Shown here: in pieces, positions 28,904 to 41,656 of the stretch
Layout: each line of letters opens with the position of its first letter
How positions within the stretch are numbered: position 1 is the first letter of the stretch
NCBI GenBank assembly: GCA_002753665.1
Contig: PEAP01000003.1
Location: forward strand, 15,054-79,053
DNA: 64,000 nt
Reading direction: 5' to 3'
Source of the DNA: Magnetococcales bacterium DC0425bin3
Lineage (GTDB): Bacteria; Pseudomonadota; Magnetococcia; Magnetococcales; DC0425bin3
The notes under the pieces: generated by a model
The model's input: only the letters and a program-made list of their open reading frames with translations
The model's database searches: none
Told to the model about the DNA's origin: nothing
Program-made: the position numbers and the translations under genes

Positions 28904-30371
28904 TCTTGAATTCGTAGAACGAACGAATATTGAAAATGCTGCGCACGATGTATCCGGGGCGGAAGTAGAACCGCCGGTAGCTGCGGCGCTGGATCTCCAT
29001 CTGCCGGGCGGCGGGGATGAACTCCTCCCAATGATCCACGGTGAAACCGGGTTTGGGATCCAGCACCCATTCCTTCCAGCGGCGTGGATCGACCAGGCCC
29101 TGCTCGACCGCCCGATCATAGAGGGGGGTATTGGGATAGAGGTTGAGGACCGCCACCTGGCAATAGTCGGGATCGATCTTCAGGGCGAATTCCAGGTTGC
29201 GCTCGATGTCCGCCTCGGTCTTTTCCGTGGGCAGACCGATCATGAAATCCGCCACCCGCAGGATGCCCAGCTCCCGGCACCAGCGGAACACCTGTTCGAC
29301 CTGGGCGATGTTGGTGCCCTTTTGCAGATCCTCCAACCCGGCATCGTTGCCGGTCTCCACCCCGAAGGAAATGAGCCGGCAGCCGGCCCGCTTGGCCCGC
29401 TCCAGGGATTCCCGGGTGACGGTGTTGGTGCGGCCGCGGAAGCTCCAGGGGAATCTCAGCCCCCGGCGTTCCACCTCATCGCAGAACTCGACCACCTTGC
29501 GGGGCGAGACGTTGAACAGGTCGTCATAGAAATGGATCTCCCGGTAGCCCATGGCCAGGCACCGGGCCACCTCGTCGGCCACGCTGGCGGCGGAGCGGCG
29601 CCGGTAGCGCTTGTAGGGCACATCGCAGAAGGTGCAGCGATAGGGACAGCCCCGGGTGCTGATGATGGTGGCCAGCCGGTGGCTCACCCCCAGAATGGAG
29701 TGGTAGTCGATGTGCCGGATGTACTCCCGGTTGGGAAAGGGCAGGGCGTCGAGGTCGTCCACATAGGCCGGCGGCACGGTGACGCTGCCGAGAAAACGTT
29801 GGTCCCGATAGTTGGCCTCCCGCCAGGCGGCCATGGACTCCCGGGTATAGACCCCGGTGATGCGGGTGATGTCATTGCCCTGTTCCAGGGCCTCGACCAG
29901 TGCGGTGAAGGCCACCTCCCCTTCCCCCACCACGATGGAGTCGAACTCCGGCAACTGAGCGGCCTCGTAGGGGAAGGCGATGGGGTGGTGCCCGCCCATG
30001 CAGATATGGGCGGTGGGCACGATCTCCCGCACGGTGCGGGCGGCCTTGATCACATCGATGAGAGAAATGGTGAAGCTGGTGATCCCCACCACGTCGGGCT
30101 GGATGTCCCGGATCAGGGCCGGCAGGTCCGCATGGCGGATCCGCTCCCCCACGCAATCCTTGAAGAACAGCCGATGGCCCCGGGTGTGGGCTTCCAGATG
30201 GCTGAGAACATAGAGCGCCCCCAGGGGCGGAAAGGCCCCGAAATCATCCGACTCCAGGTATTCCTCCCCCTCCGCGTTGGGGTATTCGATGACGGTATGT
30301 TCGGCAGGGGGGTTGAGGATCAGAATGTTCATCGGCGCAAAACCCGCTTCTTCCATGAAGGATAATGCCAT
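28869..30371 (-). CDS. B12-binding-domain radical SAM protein
   Basis: N-terminal cobalamin-binding-like domain (DVVGITSFT...) and the radical SAM cluster motif TRGCPYRCTFCDV. Possible alternative start at M14 (30332, MNILILNPP). The 3' end overlaps the convergent EEP gene by 35 nt. Confidence 0.85.
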   Translation of the reverse strand: MALSFMEEAGFAPMNILILNPPAEHTVIEYPNAEGEEYLESDDFGAFPPLGALYVLSHLEAHTRGHRLFFKDCVGERIRHADLPALIRDIQPDVVGITSFTISLIDVIKAARTVREIVPTAHICMGGHHPIAFPYEAAQLPEFDSIVVGEGEVAFTALVEALEQGNDITRITGVYTRESMAAWREANYRDQRFLGSVTVPPAYVDDLDALPFPNREYIRHIDYHSILGVSHRLATIISTRGCPYRCTFCDVPYKRYRRRSAASVADEVARCLAMGYREIHFYDDLFNVSPRKVVEFCDEVERRGLRFPWSFRGRTNTVTRESLERAKRAGCRLISFGVETGNDAGLEDLQKGTNIAQVEQVFRWCRELGILRVADFMIGLPTEKTEADIERNLEFALKIDPDYCQVAVLNLYPNTPLYDRAVEQGLVDPRRWKEWVLDPKPGFTVDHWEEFIPAARQMEIQRRSYRRFYFRPGYIVRSIFNIRSFYEFKIKVQGVLKLFR

Positions 30372-30402
30372 GTCCCGTTATCATCCCCTCTCCACGGCAG
30401 GA

Positions 30403-30430
30403 TTGTAAACCGGTAATCCCATGTCCATAT
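30403..30430 (+). promoter_or_regulatory. possible sigma-32 (heat-shock) type promoter of clpB
   Basis: TTGTAAA-N13-gTCCATAT compared with the E. coli sigma-32 consensus TTGAAA-N13/14-CCCCATNT. Lies about 115 nt upstream of the clpB ATG. Pattern match by eye only. Confidence 0.35.
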
Positions 30431-30455
30431 GATGCGTGACAGTCACCCGACTAAA

Positions 30456-30520
30456 GATGGAGGGGGGAGGCCTCCCTCCACCCTCCACCGATGCAAGCCG
30501 CTTCCCGGCTTCCACGGTAA
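30456..30520 (+). repeat. dispersed palindrome-containing repeat, copy A (clpB leader)
   Basis: gatggaggggggaggcctccctccaccctccaccgatgcaagccgcttcccggcttccacggtaa; core palindrome GGGAGGCCTCCC. Confidence 0.9.
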
Positions 30521-30546
30521 CTTCCATTTTGGAGTGGAGAACCGCC

Positions 30547-33126
30547 ATGCGTCAGGATCGCTTGACCACCAAAACCCAGGAAGCGTTGCAGGCCGCCAGC
30601 GGGATCGCCGCCAGCCGTTCCCATCAACAGCTGGAGCCGGAACATTTGCTGGCGGCCCTGCTGGAGCAGAACGACGGCCTGACCCGGCCCCTGCTGGAAA
30701 AGATGGGGGGGAACCCGGACACCCTGGCCCAGCAGGTGGCCGCAGTCCTGAACAGATTTCCCCGGGTGGAGGGCAGCGGGGTGGGACAGCTGATCCCGTC
30801 CCGACGCTTCCAGGCTCTGGTGGCGGCGGCGGAAAAGCAGGCCGCCAAAATGGGCGACGAGTATCTTTCCACCGAACATTTCCTGCTGGCCATGGCGGTC
30901 GAAAAGGAGGGGGAGTCGCCGCGCCTGCTGAAGGCGGCGGGCATGACCGCACAGGGCCTGCTGGAAGCCCTGAAGATCATTCGCGGCGGCCAGCGGATCA
31001 CCAACCCCGATCCGGAAGGAAGCTATCAGGCCCTGGAAAAATATGCCCGCGACCTCACCCAGCTCGCCCAGCGGGGCAAGCTGGACCCGGTGATCGGCCG
31101 GGATGAGGAGATCCGCCGCACCATTCAGGTCCTGTCCCGCCGCACCAAGAACAATCCGGTGCTGATCGGCGAGCCCGGGGTGGGCAAGACCGCCATCGCC
31201 GAAGGGCTGGCCCAGCGCATCGTGCGGGGCGACGTGCCGGAGCCCCTCAAGAACAAGCGGCTGGCGGCCCTGGATATGGGAGCCCTGATCGCCGGGGCCA
31301 AATACCGGGGGGAATTCGAGGAACGGCTCAAGGCCGTGCTGCGGGAGGTGCAGGAAGCCGACGGCGGCGTGATTCTCTTCATCGACGAAATGCACACCCT
31401 GGTGGGCGCCGGACGGGCCGACGGGGCCATGGACGCCTCCAATCTGCTGAAACCGGCCCTGGCCCGGGGCGACCTCCACTGCGTGGGGGCCACCACCCTG
31501 GACGAATACCGCCAGCATGTGGAAAAGGATGCCGCCCTGGAACGGCGTTTCCAGCCGGTGCAGGTCGGTGAGCCCACGGTGGCCGACACCATCTCCATCC
31601 TGAGGGGCATCAAGGAAAAGTACGAGCTGCACCACGGCGTGCGCATCGCCGATGCCGCCCTGGTGGCCGCCGCCACCCTGTCCAACCGCTACATCAGCGA
31701 CCGCTTCCTGCCCGACAAGGCCATCGACCTGATGGACGAGGCGGCGGCCCGCATCCGCATGGAGGTGACCTCCAAGCCCCAGCCCATCGACGAAATCGAC
31801 CGCCGGATCCTGCAACTGGAGATCGAGCGCACCGCCCTGACCCGGGAGAAGGATGCCGCCTCCCGCAAGCGGCTGGAGGATCTGGATCAGGAGCTGGCCG
31901 ACCTGCGGGAGCAGTCCGCCACCCTCACCGCCGCCTGGCGCCGGGAGAAGGAGACCCTCACCCGCCACCAAACCCTCCAGGAAACCCTGGAACAGAAACG
32001 GCGCGAGCTGGAAACCGCCGAACGGCAGGCCGACCTGGAACTGGCGGGCCGGTTGCGCTACGGCGACATTCCCCGGCTGGAGGCCAGCCTGGAGGAGGCA
32101 CGGCAGGCCGCCGCAGGCCTGGAAAACCGCCTGTTGCGGGAGGAGGTGGGCGAGGAGGAGATCGCCGCGGTGGTGTCCCGCTGGACCGGGGTGCCGGTGG
32201 CCCGCATGCTGGAGGGAGAGCGGGAGAAGCTGTTGCAGATGGAGCAGCGGCTGGCCCAACGGGTGGTGGGGCAGGATGCCGCCCTGGCCGAGGTGTCCCG
32301 GGCGGTGCGCCGGGCCCGGGCCGGGTTGCAGGATCCCCAGCGTCCCATCGGGTCCTTCCTCTTCCTCGGCCCCACCGGGGTGGGCAAGACCGAACTGACC
32401 AAGGCCCTGGCGGAGTTCCTGTTCGACAACGAGCAGGCCCTGGTGCGGGTGGACATGTCGGAGTACATGGAACGCCATGCCGTGGCCCGGCTGGTGGGCG
32501 CTCCGCCGGGGTATGTGGGCTACGAGGAAGGCGGGCAGCTCACCGAGGCGGTGCGGCGCCGGCCCTACAGCGTGGTGCTGCTGGACGAGATCGAAAAGGC
32601 CCACCCAGAGGTGTTCAACCTGCTGCTCCAGGTCCTGGACGAGGGGCGCCTGACCGACGGTCACGGCCGCACGGTGGATTTCCGCAACACGGTGATCATC
32701 CTCACCTCCAACATCGGTTCCCACTTCCTGGAGGGGAATGGCGGGCCGGAGTTCCAGCGGGACCAGGTGATGAAACTGTTGCGGGAAACCTTCCGACCCG
32801 AGTTCCTCAACCGGCTGGACGGCATCACCTTCTTCCGGCGTCTGGAGCGGGAGATGATGGGCACCATCGTGGAGATTCAACTGAACCGGCTGCGCCGGCT
32901 GCTGGCCGATCACCGCATGGCACTCGAAACGACGCCGGAGGCCCGGGATCTTCTGGCCCGGGAGGGATACGATCCGGTCTACGGGGCCCGGCCCCTGAGG
33001 CGGGTGATCCAGCGTCTGGTGCAGGATCCCCTGGCCGAAGCCATGTTGGCCGGCACCTTCAAGGATGGCGACCGGATCCAGGTGACGGTCGATGGCACGC
33101 TGCTGCGCCTGCAACCAATCCCGTGA
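30547..33126 (+). CDS. clpB: ATP-dependent chaperone/disaggregase ClpB
   Basis: [17 protein letters not shown], two AAA+ modules ([10 protein letters not shown]; [10 protein letters not shown]) and a long coiled-coil middle domain. The start is ATG 30547; the track ORF starts inside the upstream repeat. Confidence 0.97.
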   Translation: MRQDRLTTKTQEALQAASGIAASRSHQQLEPEHLLAALLEQNDGLTRPLLEKMGGNPDTLAQQVAAVLNRFPRVEGSGVGQLIPSRRFQALVAAAEKQAAKMGDEYLSTEHFLLAMAVEKEGESPRLLKAAGMTAQGLLEALKIIRGGQRITNPDPEGSYQALEKYARDLTQLAQRGKLDPVIGRDEEIRRTIQVLSRRTKNNPVLIGEPGVGKTAIAEGLAQRIVRGDVPEPLKNKRLAALDMGALIAGAKYRGEFEERLKAVLREVQEADGGVILFIDEMHTLVGAGRADGAMDASNLLKPALARGDLHCVGATTLDEYRQHVEKDAALERRFQPVQVGEPTVADTISILRGIKEKYELHHGVRIADAALVAAATLSNRYISDRFLPDKAIDLMDEAAARIRMEVTSKPQPIDEIDRRILQLEIERTALTREKDAASRKRLEDLDQELADLREQSATLTAAWRREKETLTRHQTLQETLEQKRRELETAERQADLELAGRLRYGDIPRLEASLEEARQAAAGLENRLLREEVGEEEIAAVVSRWTGVPVARMLEGEREKLLQMEQRLAQRVVGQDAALAEVSRAVRRARAGLQDPQRPIGSFLFLGPTGVGKTELTKALAEFLFDNEQALVRVDMSEYMERHAVARLVGAPPGYVGYEEGGQLTEAVRRRPYSVVLLDEIEKAHPEVFNLLLQVLDEGRLTDGHGRTVDFRNTVIILTSNIGSHFLEGNGGPEFQRDQVMKLLRETFRPEFLNRLDGITFFRRLEREMMGTIVEIQLNRLRRLLADHRMALETTPEARDLLAREGYDPVYGARPLRRVIQRLVQDPLAEAMLAGTFKDGDRIQVTVDGTLLRLQPIP

Positions 33127-33149
33127 CCCAACCCAGCGAGTGACCCACC

Positions 33150-33860
33150 ATGGCCCAGCGGGAGCGCCGGCAATGCCTGCAGCTCGGGGAACGGGAGATC
33201 GCCTATACCCTGATCCGCCATCCACGCCGCAAGCGCCTCACCCTGGCGGTGACTCCCCAGGCCGGGGTGGAGGTGCGGGGGCCGCTGCATGTGACCCGGC
33301 GGGGGGTGGAGGAGTTCGTGGCCCGCCACGGTTCCTGGCTGCTCAACCGCCTGGAGGCGGTCCAGCGGCGCAGCCGGCACCGCCCGCACCTGGCACCGGG
33401 GGCCACCCTGCCCCTGCTCGACGCCTCCCTCACCCTGGTGCTGAAACCCATGGTCGCCCCCCGGGTGCGGCAGGTGGGGGGAGAATTGTGGGCTCCGGCG
33501 GGGCTGGAAGACCTGGACCGGCTGGAAGCCCTGCTGGAACAGTGGTACCGGACCCGGGCCCGGGGTTACCTGGAGCCACGCTTGCGGGATTGGGCCGCCC
33601 GGATGGGCCAGCCGGTGACGCGGCTCACGGTGCGGGGCCAGCGCACCCGCTGGGGCAGCTGCTCCACCCGAGGTACGGTGAGCCTCAACTGGCGGCTGCT
33701 GTGGCTGCCGACGGCGGTGGTGGATTATGTATTGATCCACGAACTGAGTCACATGGCCCACATGGACCATTCACCGGCCTTCTGGCAGGCCGTGGCCCGT
33801 TGGGATCCGGAATTCCGCAGGCATCGGGCCATCCTGAAGGGCTTCCGGGGACCCTGGTAG
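33150..33860 (+). CDS. YgjP-like M48/DUF45 zinc metallohydrolase
   Basis: RTRWGSCSTRGTVSLNWRL...[19 protein letters not shown] contains the HExxH motif in a DUF45 context. Confidence 0.85.
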   Translation: MAQRERRQCLQLGEREIAYTLIRHPRRKRLTLAVTPQAGVEVRGPLHVTRRGVEEFVARHGSWLLNRLEAVQRRSRHRPHLAPGATLPLLDASLTLVLKPMVAPRVRQVGGELWAPAGLEDLDRLEALLEQWYRTRARGYLEPRLRDWAARMGQPVTRLTVRGQRTRWGSCSTRGTVSLNWRLLWLPTAVVDYVLIHELSHMAHMDHSPAFWQAVARWDPEFRRHRAILKGFRGPW

Positions 33861-34526
33861 AACGGACTCTCCCGGCGGAAGCGGCGCATGGGCGGCCCGG
33901 TCGAGCCGGTCCTGGAACCAGGCATGGTTATCCTCCTGCCGGAAGCGCTGCTCCGCCGCCGCGGCCAGGGCGGTCGCCCGCCAGAACCGCTGCCGCTGCT
34001 CCCCCTCCGGCAGCCGCTCCCTGACCCGTTGCCGCATGGCGCCGAACAGCCCGGCCAGGGGACCCCAGCCCGGCTCCAGCCAGGCCTCGATCCGCTCCTT
34101 GAGCAGCCGGGACAGCGCCGGGCTGCGTCCCTGGGTGGCCACCGCCACCGTGACCGTGCCCCGCCGCACCACGGCCGGGACCAGGAATCCGCTCGCTTCC
34201 GGATCGTCCGCCGAGTTGCACAGCAGGCCCCGCTGCCGGCAGGCGGCGGCGATGGTCCGGTTCAGGGTGGCCGTGGCCGTGGCGGCAAAGACCAGGACCG
34301 GACGCGGCCGGGCCTCCAGATGGGCCTCGACAAAGGCCTCCGGCACATGGTCCAGCACCCCGTCGGCCACCTGCCCGGCAATCCAGGGATCCAGCTCCGG
34401 GGCCACCACCCGGATCCGGGCGCCGGCGGCCTGCAACCCGGCCAGCTTGCGGCGGGCCACCCGGCCCCCTCCCACCATCAGCACCGGCTGGTCGGTCAAG
34501 ACCAGTTCCGCCATGTAATGGGGCAT
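33771..34526 (-). CDS. precorrin-2 dehydrogenase / sirohydrochlorin ferrochelatase (SirC/Met8/CysG N-domain-like)
   Basis: [31 protein letters not shown] Rossmann motif, then ...[38 protein letters not shown]. It is only the 3' part of the track ORF 33771..36557. Alternative start at 34514. Confidence 0.75.
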   Translation of the reverse strand: MPHYMAELVLTDQPVLMVGGGRVARRKLAGLQAAGARIRVVAPELDPWIAGQVADGVLDHVPEAFVEAHLEARPRPVLVFAATATATLNRTIAAACRQRGLLCNSADDPEASGFLVPAVVRRGTVTVAVATQGRSPALSRLLKERIEAWLEPGWGPLAGLFGAMRQRVRERLPEGEQRQRFWRATALAAAAEQRFRQEDNHAWFQDRLDRAAHAPLPPGESVLPGSPEALQDGPMPAEFRIPTGHGLPEGR

Positions 34527-34562
34527 GGTACCTTGTCCCCCTTCTGTCCACAGAGAATCCTG

Positions 34563-37397
34563 ATGTCCGACCAACAGATCATCATCCGCGGCGCCCGGGA
34601 ACACAACCTCCGCAACATCGATCTGGAGATTCCCCGCAACGCCCTGACCGTCATCACCGGCGTCTCCGGATCCGGCAAGTCCTCCCTGGCCTTCGACACC
34701 CTCGCCGCCGAAGGGCAGCGCCGCTATGTGGAATCCCTCTCCGCCTACGCCCGCCAGTTTCTCAGCCTGCAGAACAAACCGGACGTGGACAGCATCGAGG
34801 GGCTCTCGCCGTCCATCTCCATCGAGCAGAAGACCACCAGCAAGAACCCCCGCTCCACCGTGGGCACGGTCACCGAGATCCACGACTACCTGCGCCTGCT
34901 CTACGCCCGCATCGGCCGCCCCTACTGCCACGGCTGTGGACGGCCCATCGAGAGCCAGACCGTCACCCGGATGGTGGACCAGATCCTTGGGCTGCCGGAA
35001 CGCAGCCGCCTGCTGTTGTTGGCCCCCATCGTGCGGGGCCGCAAGGGGGAGTACCGCAAGGAACTCGCCGCCCTGGCCAAGCAGGGCTACACCCGGGTGG
35101 TGATCGACGGCGACACCCTCGACCTGGAACCGCTCCCCACCCTGGACAAAAATCAAAAGCATACCATCGAGGTGCTGGTGGACCGGGTGATCGTCAAACC
35201 GGGCCTCAACACCCGCCTGGCCGACTCCCTGGAGACCGCCCTGGCCCTGGGCGAGGGCATCGTCCGGATCCAGATCCTCGAAGATCCACCCCGGGAGCTG
35301 CTGTTCTCGGAGCGGCATGCCTGCATCCACTGCAACATCTCCTATCCGGAGATCGAACCGCGCCTGTTCTCCTTCAACAACCCGTTCGGCGCCTGTCCCC
35401 GCTGCGACGGGCTGGGCACCGAGGAATACTTCGATCCCCTGCTGGTGGTGCCCAACCCGGATCTGTCCCTGGCCCAGGGCGCCATCGCCCCCTGGGCCAA
35501 ACCCACCGCCCGCATGGGCCAGGAACTGCTGCATACCGTGGCCGACCATTTCGGCATCGACCTCGACCAACCCTGGAAGGACCTGCCCCCGGACCACCAG
35601 ACCCTGTTGCTGGAGGGCTCCGGGGCGGACAAGATCCGCTTCCGTTTCCGAGGGTTCCATCGGCGATTCTCCGCCACACGCCCCTGGGAAGGGGTGTTGA
35701 AGACCCTGGAGCGGCGCTATCTGGAAACCGACTCCGACGACCGGCGAGAAGAGCTGCGCCCCTACCGCAACACCTCCCCCTGTCCGGTCTGCGCCGGACA
35801 GCGGCTGCGCAAGGAGGCCCTGCATGTGCGGGTCGGAGAACACAACATCGCCGAATTTTCCGCCCTGCCCCTGGGCCCGGCCATGGCGTACCTGCAAACC
35901 GACCTGGACCTCACCCCCCAGGAACGCGCCATCGCCCAGCGGATCCTCAAGGAGGTGATCGAACGGCTGCAGTTTCTCATCGCCGTGGGGCTGGACTATC
36001 TGACCCTGGATCGGGCGGCGGCCACCCTGTCCGGCGGCGAGGGACAGCGCATCCGTCTGGCCAATCAGATCGGCTCCGGCCTGGTGGGGGTACTCTACAT
36101 CCTGGACGAGCCCAGCATCGGCCTGCACCAGCGGGACAACCAGCGTCTGCTGGATTCCCTGGTGCGGTTGCGCAACCTGGGCAACACCGTGGTGGTGGTG
36201 GAACATGACGAGGAGGCCATCCGCACCGCCGATTTCGTGGTCGACCTGGGGCCCGGTCCCGGCGAACATGGCGGCCGGGTGGTGGCCGCCGGCACCCCGG
36301 CCCAGATCGCCGCCCATCCGGACTCCCTCACCGGCCAATACCTCTCCGGCCGCCGGGTCATTCCCATGCCCCCCCGACGGCGGCCATCGGATCCCCAGCG
36401 GCAGATCGTCCTCAAGGGCGTGGCCACCCACAATCTCAAGCAGGTGACCGCCGCCATTCCCCTGGGGTTGCTGGTCTGCGTCACCGGTGTGTCCGGCTCC
36501 GGCAAGTCCAGCCTCATCCTGGACACCCTGCTCCCGACCCTGACCCAGCGCCTTCACCAGAGCCGGATTCCCGGTGGGCTATTGGAGGAGGTCGTGGGGC
36601 TGGAACACCTGGACAAGGTGATCCACATCGACCAGTCCCCCATCGGCCGCACCCCCCGCTCCAATCCGGCCACCTATACCGGGCTCTTCACCCCCATCCG
36701 CGACCTGCTGGCCCTGGTGCCCGAGGCCCGGGCCCGGGGTTACAAACCCGGACGGTTCAGCTTCAACGTCAAGGGGGGGCGATGCGAAGCCTGCGCGGGC
36801 GAGGGGCTGATCAAGATCGAAATGCATTTTTTGCCGGACATCTTCGTGCCCTGCGATGATTGCGGCGGCTCCCGCTACAACCGCGAGACCCTGGAGATTC
36901 GCTACAAGGAGAAGAACGTGGCGGAAATCCTGGAGATGACCGTGGAGGAAGGCACCCTGTTCTACCAGGCCATCGGGGCGGTCCAGAGCAAACTCGCCAC
37001 CCTGCTGGATGTGGGGCTGGGTTACCTGCGGCTGGGCCAGTCCGCCACCACCCTGTCCGGGGGCGAGGCCCAGCGGGTCAAGATCGCCCGGGAACTCTCC
37101 AGAAAGGCCACCGGCCGCACCCTCTACATCCTGGACGAACCCACCACCGGCCTCCATTTCGACGATATCCGCACCCTGCTGGAGGTGCTGCAGCGGCTGG
37201 TGGCCGGGGGCAACACGGTGGTGGTGATCGAACACAACCTGGACGTGGTCAAGACCGCCGATTGGGTCATCGACCTGGGTCCGGAAGGGGGCAACCGCGG
37301 CGGCGAAATCGTGGCCCAGGGCACCCCGGAAACCGTGGCGGCCGACCCGCGTTCCTGGACCGGACGCTATCTGCAACCACTACTGGGAACCAAATAG
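34563..37397 (+). CDS. uvrA: excinuclease ABC subunit A
   Basis: [42 protein letters not shown], a second Walker [13 protein letters not shown], zinc-finger cysteines and [15 protein letters not shown]. Confidence 0.97.
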   Translation: MSDQQIIIRGAREHNLRNIDLEIPRNALTVITGVSGSGKSSLAFDTLAAEGQRRYVESLSAYARQFLSLQNKPDVDSIEGLSPSISIEQKTTSKNPRSTVGTVTEIHDYLRLLYARIGRPYCHGCGRPIESQTVTRMVDQILGLPERSRLLLLAPIVRGRKGEYRKELAALAKQGYTRVVIDGDTLDLEPLPTLDKNQKHTIEVLVDRVIVKPGLNTRLADSLETALALGEGIVRIQILEDPPRELLFSERHACIHCNISYPEIEPRLFSFNNPFGACPRCDGLGTEEYFDPLLVVPNPDLSLAQGAIAPWAKPTARMGQELLHTVADHFGIDLDQPWKDLPPDHQTLLLEGSGADKIRFRFRGFHRRFSATRPWEGVLKTLERRYLETDSDDRREELRPYRNTSPCPVCAGQRLRKEALHVRVGEHNIAEFSALPLGPAMAYLQTDLDLTPQERAIAQRILKEVIERLQFLIAVGLDYLTLDRAAATLSGGEGQRIRLANQIGSGLVGVLYILDEPSIGLHQRDNQRLLDSLVRLRNLGNTVVVVEHDEEAIRTADFVVDLGPGPGEHGGRVVAAGTPAQIAAHPDSLTGQYLSGRRVIPMPPRRRPSDPQRQIVLKGVATHNLKQVTAAIPLGLLVCVTGVSGSGKSSLILDTLLPTLTQRLHQSRIPGGLLEEVVGLEHLDKVIHIDQSPIGRTPRSNPATYTGLFTPIRDLLALVPEARARGYKPGRFSFNVKGGRCEACAGEGLIKIEMHFLPDIFVPCDDCGGSRYNRETLEIRYKEKNVAEILEMTVEEGTLFYQAIGAVQSKLATLLDVGLGYLRLGQSATTLSGGEAQRVKIARELSRKATGRTLYILDEPTTGLHFDDIRTLLEVLQRLVAGGNTVVVIEHNLDVVKTADWVIDLGPEGGNRGGEIVAQGTPETVAADPRSWTGRYLQPLLGTK

Positions 37398-37471
37398 ATC
37401 GTTCCTCCAGAAATCCGGTTGCTGCTTGACCTTTCGTGGCCATTTGCAACCGGTTCTGGAATGCCCTCAAC

Positions 37472-37532
37472 GGATGGGGGAAGCCTCCCTCCACCCCCTG
37501 CCGATGAACGTCGCGACACGACTTTTACGGTC
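37472..37532 (+). repeat. dispersed repeat, copy B (diverged; alternative right-hand module)
   Basis: ggatgggggaagcctccctccaccccctgccgatgaacgtcgcgacacgacttttacggtca. The left and core parts match the family. The right part matches the extra module of copy E. Confidence 0.6.
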
Positions 37533-37560
37533 AGCCGACTGACGGACTTCGAACAGGTCT

Positions 37561-38103
37561 TCAGGCCGTGGCGACCTGTGTCCCGGTGGCCCTGGATTTC
37601 CGGCGGGCATCCCGCAGCTTTTCGCCCAGACCGGAATCGATGGCCAACTGGCGACGCCGTTCGGAATAGTCCTGCGCCACCAGGGGATAGAATTTGTCCA
37701 GGCCGAACAGGGTGCGATATTCATCCACCGACAACTTGTGGGAGCGGGTCAGATGTCCCTTGATGGCCCGGCAGGGCTTGCCACAAAGCAGGCAATAGAT
37801 CGCCTCCCGGCTCACCGAGTCGGCCAGGGAAATTGCCGGAGTCGTCTTTCCCGGCGCCGGTGCAGCGGCGAGATCCGCCGATGCACCGGCGACCGCCGCC
37901 GGTTCCTCTTTCTGGATCGGAATCGCAACGGCAGCAGCCGGTTGGTCTTCCTCCTCCGGCTCCGGGGACTGCCCCCCGGAAATCTGGATCAGGGAGGCAT
38001 AGACCCTGCCCAGCAGGGGAGCCACCTCCGCGGGCGATAGTTCATTGTTGGATACATAGGCTTCCACGATACTCGCGGCGCGTTTTACCAGATCCGAAGA
38101 CAT
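37561..38103 (-). CDS. mucR: MucR/Ros-family zinc-finger transcriptional regulator
   Basis: MSSDLVKRAASIVEAYVSNNELSPAEV N-terminal domain and C-terminal IYCLLCGKPCRAIKGHLTRSHKLSVDEYRTLFGL zinc finger. A Pro/Ala/Glu-rich insertion lies between the two domains. The track ORF extends to 38295 without homology. Confidence 0.85.
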   Translation of the reverse strand: MSSDLVKRAASIVEAYVSNNELSPAEVAPLLGRVYASLIQISGGQSPEPEEEDQPAAAVAIPIQKEEPAAVAGASADLAAAPAPGKTTPAISLADSVSREAIYCLLCGKPCRAIKGHLTRSHKLSVDEYRTLFGLDKFYPLVAQDYSERRRQLAIDSGLGEKLRDARRKSRATGTQVATA

Positions 38104-38191
38104 CGATTTCTCTCCGTGAAAATCCAATACCGATTCAAGAATGCAAGGCGGCCCTGTATAATTACTAATGCCTTTCCGCCAAGGACAATTC

Positions 38192-38219
38192 ATTATACTG
38201 AAAAAACAGCTCGTCTCAA
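38192..38219 (-). promoter_or_regulatory. sigma-70-like promoter of mucR
   Basis: Minus-strand TTGAGA (38219-38214), a 16-nt spacer, then TATAAT (38197-38192), about 90 nt upstream of the mucR ATG in an AT-rich intergenic region. Confidence 0.45.
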
Positions 38220-38304
38220 CCCTTTTTTCAGGTCCGACGGATGCCTTACCGTATTTTTTCTGTTCCCCTCTCATCGAGCGGGGGACGGTTATCATCCTTC
38301 TGCG

Positions 38305-39480
38305 TTATTCCTGCCCCGTTACCGCCCGTTCCGGGCTTGTCGCAGAATTCGCGGAGCCTGCCACAGCGTGGGACAAACTTCCCGCGGCAAACATCCCCTC
38401 CCGGGCCCGCTGCAGTAAAAAATGGTCCGCCAGCACCAGGGCCGTCATGGCCTCGGCCACGGGCACCCCGCGAATTCCCACGCAGGGATCGTGGCGCCCG
38501 TGGGTGACAATCTCCCGGGCCGCGCCAAACCGGTCCACCGTGTGCCGGGGCACCCCAATGGAGGAAGTCGGCTTCAACGCCAGGCGGATCACGACGGGTT
38601 GGCCGCTGGAAATCCCTCCCAGGATGCCACCGGCCTGGTTGCCCAGAAACCGGGGGCCCGGTTCCCCCGGGACGGCCGGCGCCATTTCATCCACCATGGC
38701 ACTGCCGGTGAGGGTGGCAGCGGCCATGCCAGCGCCGATCTCCACCCCCTTGACGGCATTGATGCCCATCATCGCCTTGGCCAGATCGGCATCCAGCCGG
38801 TCGAACACCGGTTCCCCCCACCCCGCAGGCACACCTTCCGCCACTACCTCCAGCAGCGCCCCCACCGAATCCCCCCGACTGCGCAGGTCGTCCAGCAAGG
38901 ACTCCATGGCCGCCACCGACCCGGGATCCGGACAGAAGAAAGGATTGCGGCCCACCTCCGCCCAATCCCAGTTCTCCCGCCGGATGGTCACGCTCCCCAT
39001 GCCGATCAAGGCCCCGCGAATGGTCACGCCCGCCGCCAGGTGCAACAGCTTGCGCGCCACCGCCCCGGCCGCCACCCGCACCGCGGTCTCCCGGGCCGAG
39101 GCCCGGCCGCCGCCCCGATAATCCCGGATGCCCCCGTACTTGGCCCAATAGGTGTAGTCCCCGTGGCCGGGTCGAAACAGGTCCTTGATGTCCGCATAGT
39201 CCCGGCTCCGCTGGTCGGTGTTCTCGATCAGCAGACCGATGGGAGTCCCGGTGGTGAGGCCCTCGAACACCCCCGAGAGAATCCGCACCCGATCTTCCTC
39301 CCTCCGCTGGGTGGTGTGGCGGCTCTGGCCGGGACGGCGCCGGTCCAGATCGACCTGCAAATCCGCCTCGGTCAGGGGCAGACCAGCCGGACAGCCCTCC
39401 ACCACCCCGCCGATGGCCGGACCGTGACTTTCCCCGAATGTGGCCACCCGAAATACCCGACCCATGGCGCTGCCTGGCAT
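38305..39480 (-). CDS. aroC: chorismate synthase
   Basis: [27 protein letters not shown]...[18 protein letters not shown]. Confidence 0.95.
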   Translation of the reverse strand: MPGSAMGRVFRVATFGESHGPAIGGVVEGCPAGLPLTEADLQVDLDRRRPGQSRHTTQRREEDRVRILSGVFEGLTTGTPIGLLIENTDQRSRDYADIKDLFRPGHGDYTYWAKYGGIRDYRGGGRASARETAVRVAAGAVARKLLHLAAGVTIRGALIGMGSVTIRRENWDWAEVGRNPFFCPDPGSVAAMESLLDDLRSRGDSVGALLEVVAEGVPAGWGEPVFDRLDADLAKAMMGINAVKGVEIGAGMAAATLTGSAMVDEMAPAVPGEPGPRFLGNQAGGILGGISSGQPVVIRLALKPTSSIGVPRHTVDRFGAAREIVTHGRHDPCVGIRGVPVAEAMTALVLADHFLLQRAREGMFAAGSLSHAVAGSANSATSPERAVTGQE

Positions 39481-39593
39481 ACTTTCTCTCCCCTGTCACC
39501 GGTGCCATGACTCCAGAACGACAGAAGCCCCGCGGCGCCTTGCCCGGGGCTTCTGGCCGAGCCCTGCTCGATCCGACAGATCCCGCTCCCTTC

Positions 39594-41614
<2,021 letters not shown>

Positions 41615-41656
41615 GGGGAAAAGGACGGCAAGGGGAGAACGACGCCGCCCCGGTCG

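Noticed and set aside
30451-33225. 924-aa minus-strand ORF
   Set aside because: Antisense shadow of clpB. Its C-terminal [12 protein letters not shown] is just the repeat element read in another frame.
34527-36557. Upper part of the 928-aa minus-strand ORF 33771..36557
   Set aside because: Only the 3' 252 codons (33771..34526) show the Rossmann/SirC-like sequence. The rest is the antisense frame of uvrA.
37407-37459. Inverted repeat CCAGAAATCCGGTTGC ... GCAACCGGTTCTGG after uvrA as a terminator
   Set aside because: The stem is imperfect with a 23-nt loop and no U-tract. It is adjacent to repeat copy B and may simply be part of that element's flank. Evidence is insufficient to call a terminator.
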